Origin: Trichosphaerium sp. ATCC 40318
Lineage: Eukaryota; Protista; Tubulinea
DNA length: 64,000 nt
Direction of reading: 5' to 3'
Assembly: GCA_038496445.1 (NCBI GenBank)
Contig: JALMLS010000027.1
Span: forward strand, 186,001 to 250,000
The notes beneath the pieces were generated by a model. That model did not search any database. It had not been told where the DNA came from and saw nothing but the letters and a program-made list of their open reading frames with translations. Positions 62,682 through 64,000 of the stretch are shown here, in pieces. The position numbers and the translations under genes are program-made. Each line of letters begins with the position of its first letter. Positions within the stretch are counted from its first letter, which is position 1.

Positions 62682-64000
62682 TTATCTGTTTGCCTCAATC
62701 AGTTTAAGAGCCAAACTATAGACTCGCTTATTTGCGAGGTATCCTAAAGTAAAGTCTAGATGCCCGAAAGTCTATAAAGAAAGTCACTAGTGGCTACACA
62801 GTAGACAATCAAAGGAAACTCAGTTGGGGCGTACAGGTTCGTTGTGAATGAAAGGTTTTGTTGGGAGATTCTCTACTATTTGTTTCACATCCTCAGGATC
62901 CGCTAATAATCGTTGTTCGTTAGTTCATTACTGAACTTCAAAGAAACCGGGGCGATTGTTTGTACCTAAGGCGTCAATGCTGCCAGTAAATAAAGCTACT
63001 GGAAGAGTTGTTGGGAATTTTTTAAGATCATAAGCAGGAGGCCTCAATTGGTGATATCTCTCCAAATTACCGATATCACCATAATCAAACTTCTGAAATA
63101 CATTCTCCCTTATACCTTGTGACCTACACAAGCAACGTTATTGGAATATCAAGAAAATATATAGCAAGTTTTTTTTGGCTAGTTAATCTGTTGTAGGGAC
63201 GTACCAATGAATTAGGTTTTTGACAGAGGTAGGAAACGGTTCATTTAGTACATAGAAAGGGAATTGAGTCTTATTTTTGTACGTGAAGTCACCAGTCGCA
63301 GCAATCATGGTAAATTCACAAGACCTATTGTTTTTGGAAAGAAGTTACTGAGAAAAGGCTAGTTAACTATTTCAAACTTACTCTGGATCAAGTTCGCAAA
63401 GGTAAGGAGTTAATTTATGTATAAGGCTTGGTAAGTACACTTCATGGATTCTATTTTTAAAGGTTAAAGGAAATCTAAGCAAAAAAAAAGAAAAAAAAAG
63501 CCCATACCCAAGCAACTCGCCTAGTGTAGCCGTGTCAATCGCTGCCAACACCTTCATTATTGTAACGTCAATATGTTTAACCCAAGCTACAGGCGCCATT
63601 GCTATGAATATCGAAGCCTTTGCAGCTACTGATGGATCTAAAAAGCCTGCGAAAGCCTGAATTGTACCCTAACAAAGTAAGAAATGCGAAAACAACTTTT
63701 GCAACGGTTCACCTGTGAATGTCCGATGTACGGTATTTTCTCTTGTCCCGTGTGTTTAATAATATAGTCTAGTTGTGCTGGAAGGTCATACTGAGCCATG
63801 TCATCGTAACTACCATTTGTTAAAATAAGAAGGAAAAAACGTCGTACGTAAAATCCCAGAACTCGACATCAGATGGCGTGTATTTGATGTGCTCCATGCT
63901 AATACCATTCCCTCTGTTATTACCCAACCTATAACATACTTTTTAGCAAAAAACCGAGCGCTCTGACAACAGTACCAAACATCAAATCCAGCATCAGCAA
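62682..64000 (-). CDS. Lysosomal/gastric acid lipase family protein (5' part outside the window)
   Basis: [46 protein letters not shown]. Confidence 0.93.

Noticed and set aside
1-64000. Alternative genetic code or stop read-through to explain fragmented ORFs
   Set aside because: Short GT-AG and GC-AG introns restore the conserved proteins with the standard code.

Overview
Eukaryotic, AT-rich, gene-dense window with many short (about 40-90 nt) spliceosomal introns, so the ORF track fragments nearly every gene. An SH2-domain TKL kinase (SHK type) and a CudA-like transcription factor point to an amoebozoan (inference). Housekeeping genes: AGAP-like GTPase-PH protein, PSMG3, myotrophin, a degenerate mitochondrial carrier, USP, SHK, TTI2, FANCJ-like helicase, FBXL, STI1/Hop, SAP18, PEX13 and an acid lipase. 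Most notable: (1) one spliced gene fuses an SMYD-type SET/post-SET domain directly to a two-module PRMT7-like arginine methyltransferase; (2) four near-identical Crinkler/FunK1-like genes (basic/SAP header, coiled coil, PD-(D/E)xK nuclease-like domain, HRDIS kinase) lie as a tandem pair at 10-16 kb and a convergent pair at 54-60 kb, are sequence mosaics of one another, and bracket about 37 kb as an inverted repeat; (3) an accessory island holds nearly intronless F-box-MORN and F-box-LRR genes, a MITE with an 8-bp target-site duplication, and duplicated DNRLRE-domain surface receptors; (4) a secreted LanC-like protein has altered catalytic residues, and an intradiol dioxygenase is membrane-anchored; (5) several conserved genes need GC-AG introns. 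All calls come from manual translation and remembered family motifs; no database search was run, and some start codons are approximate.
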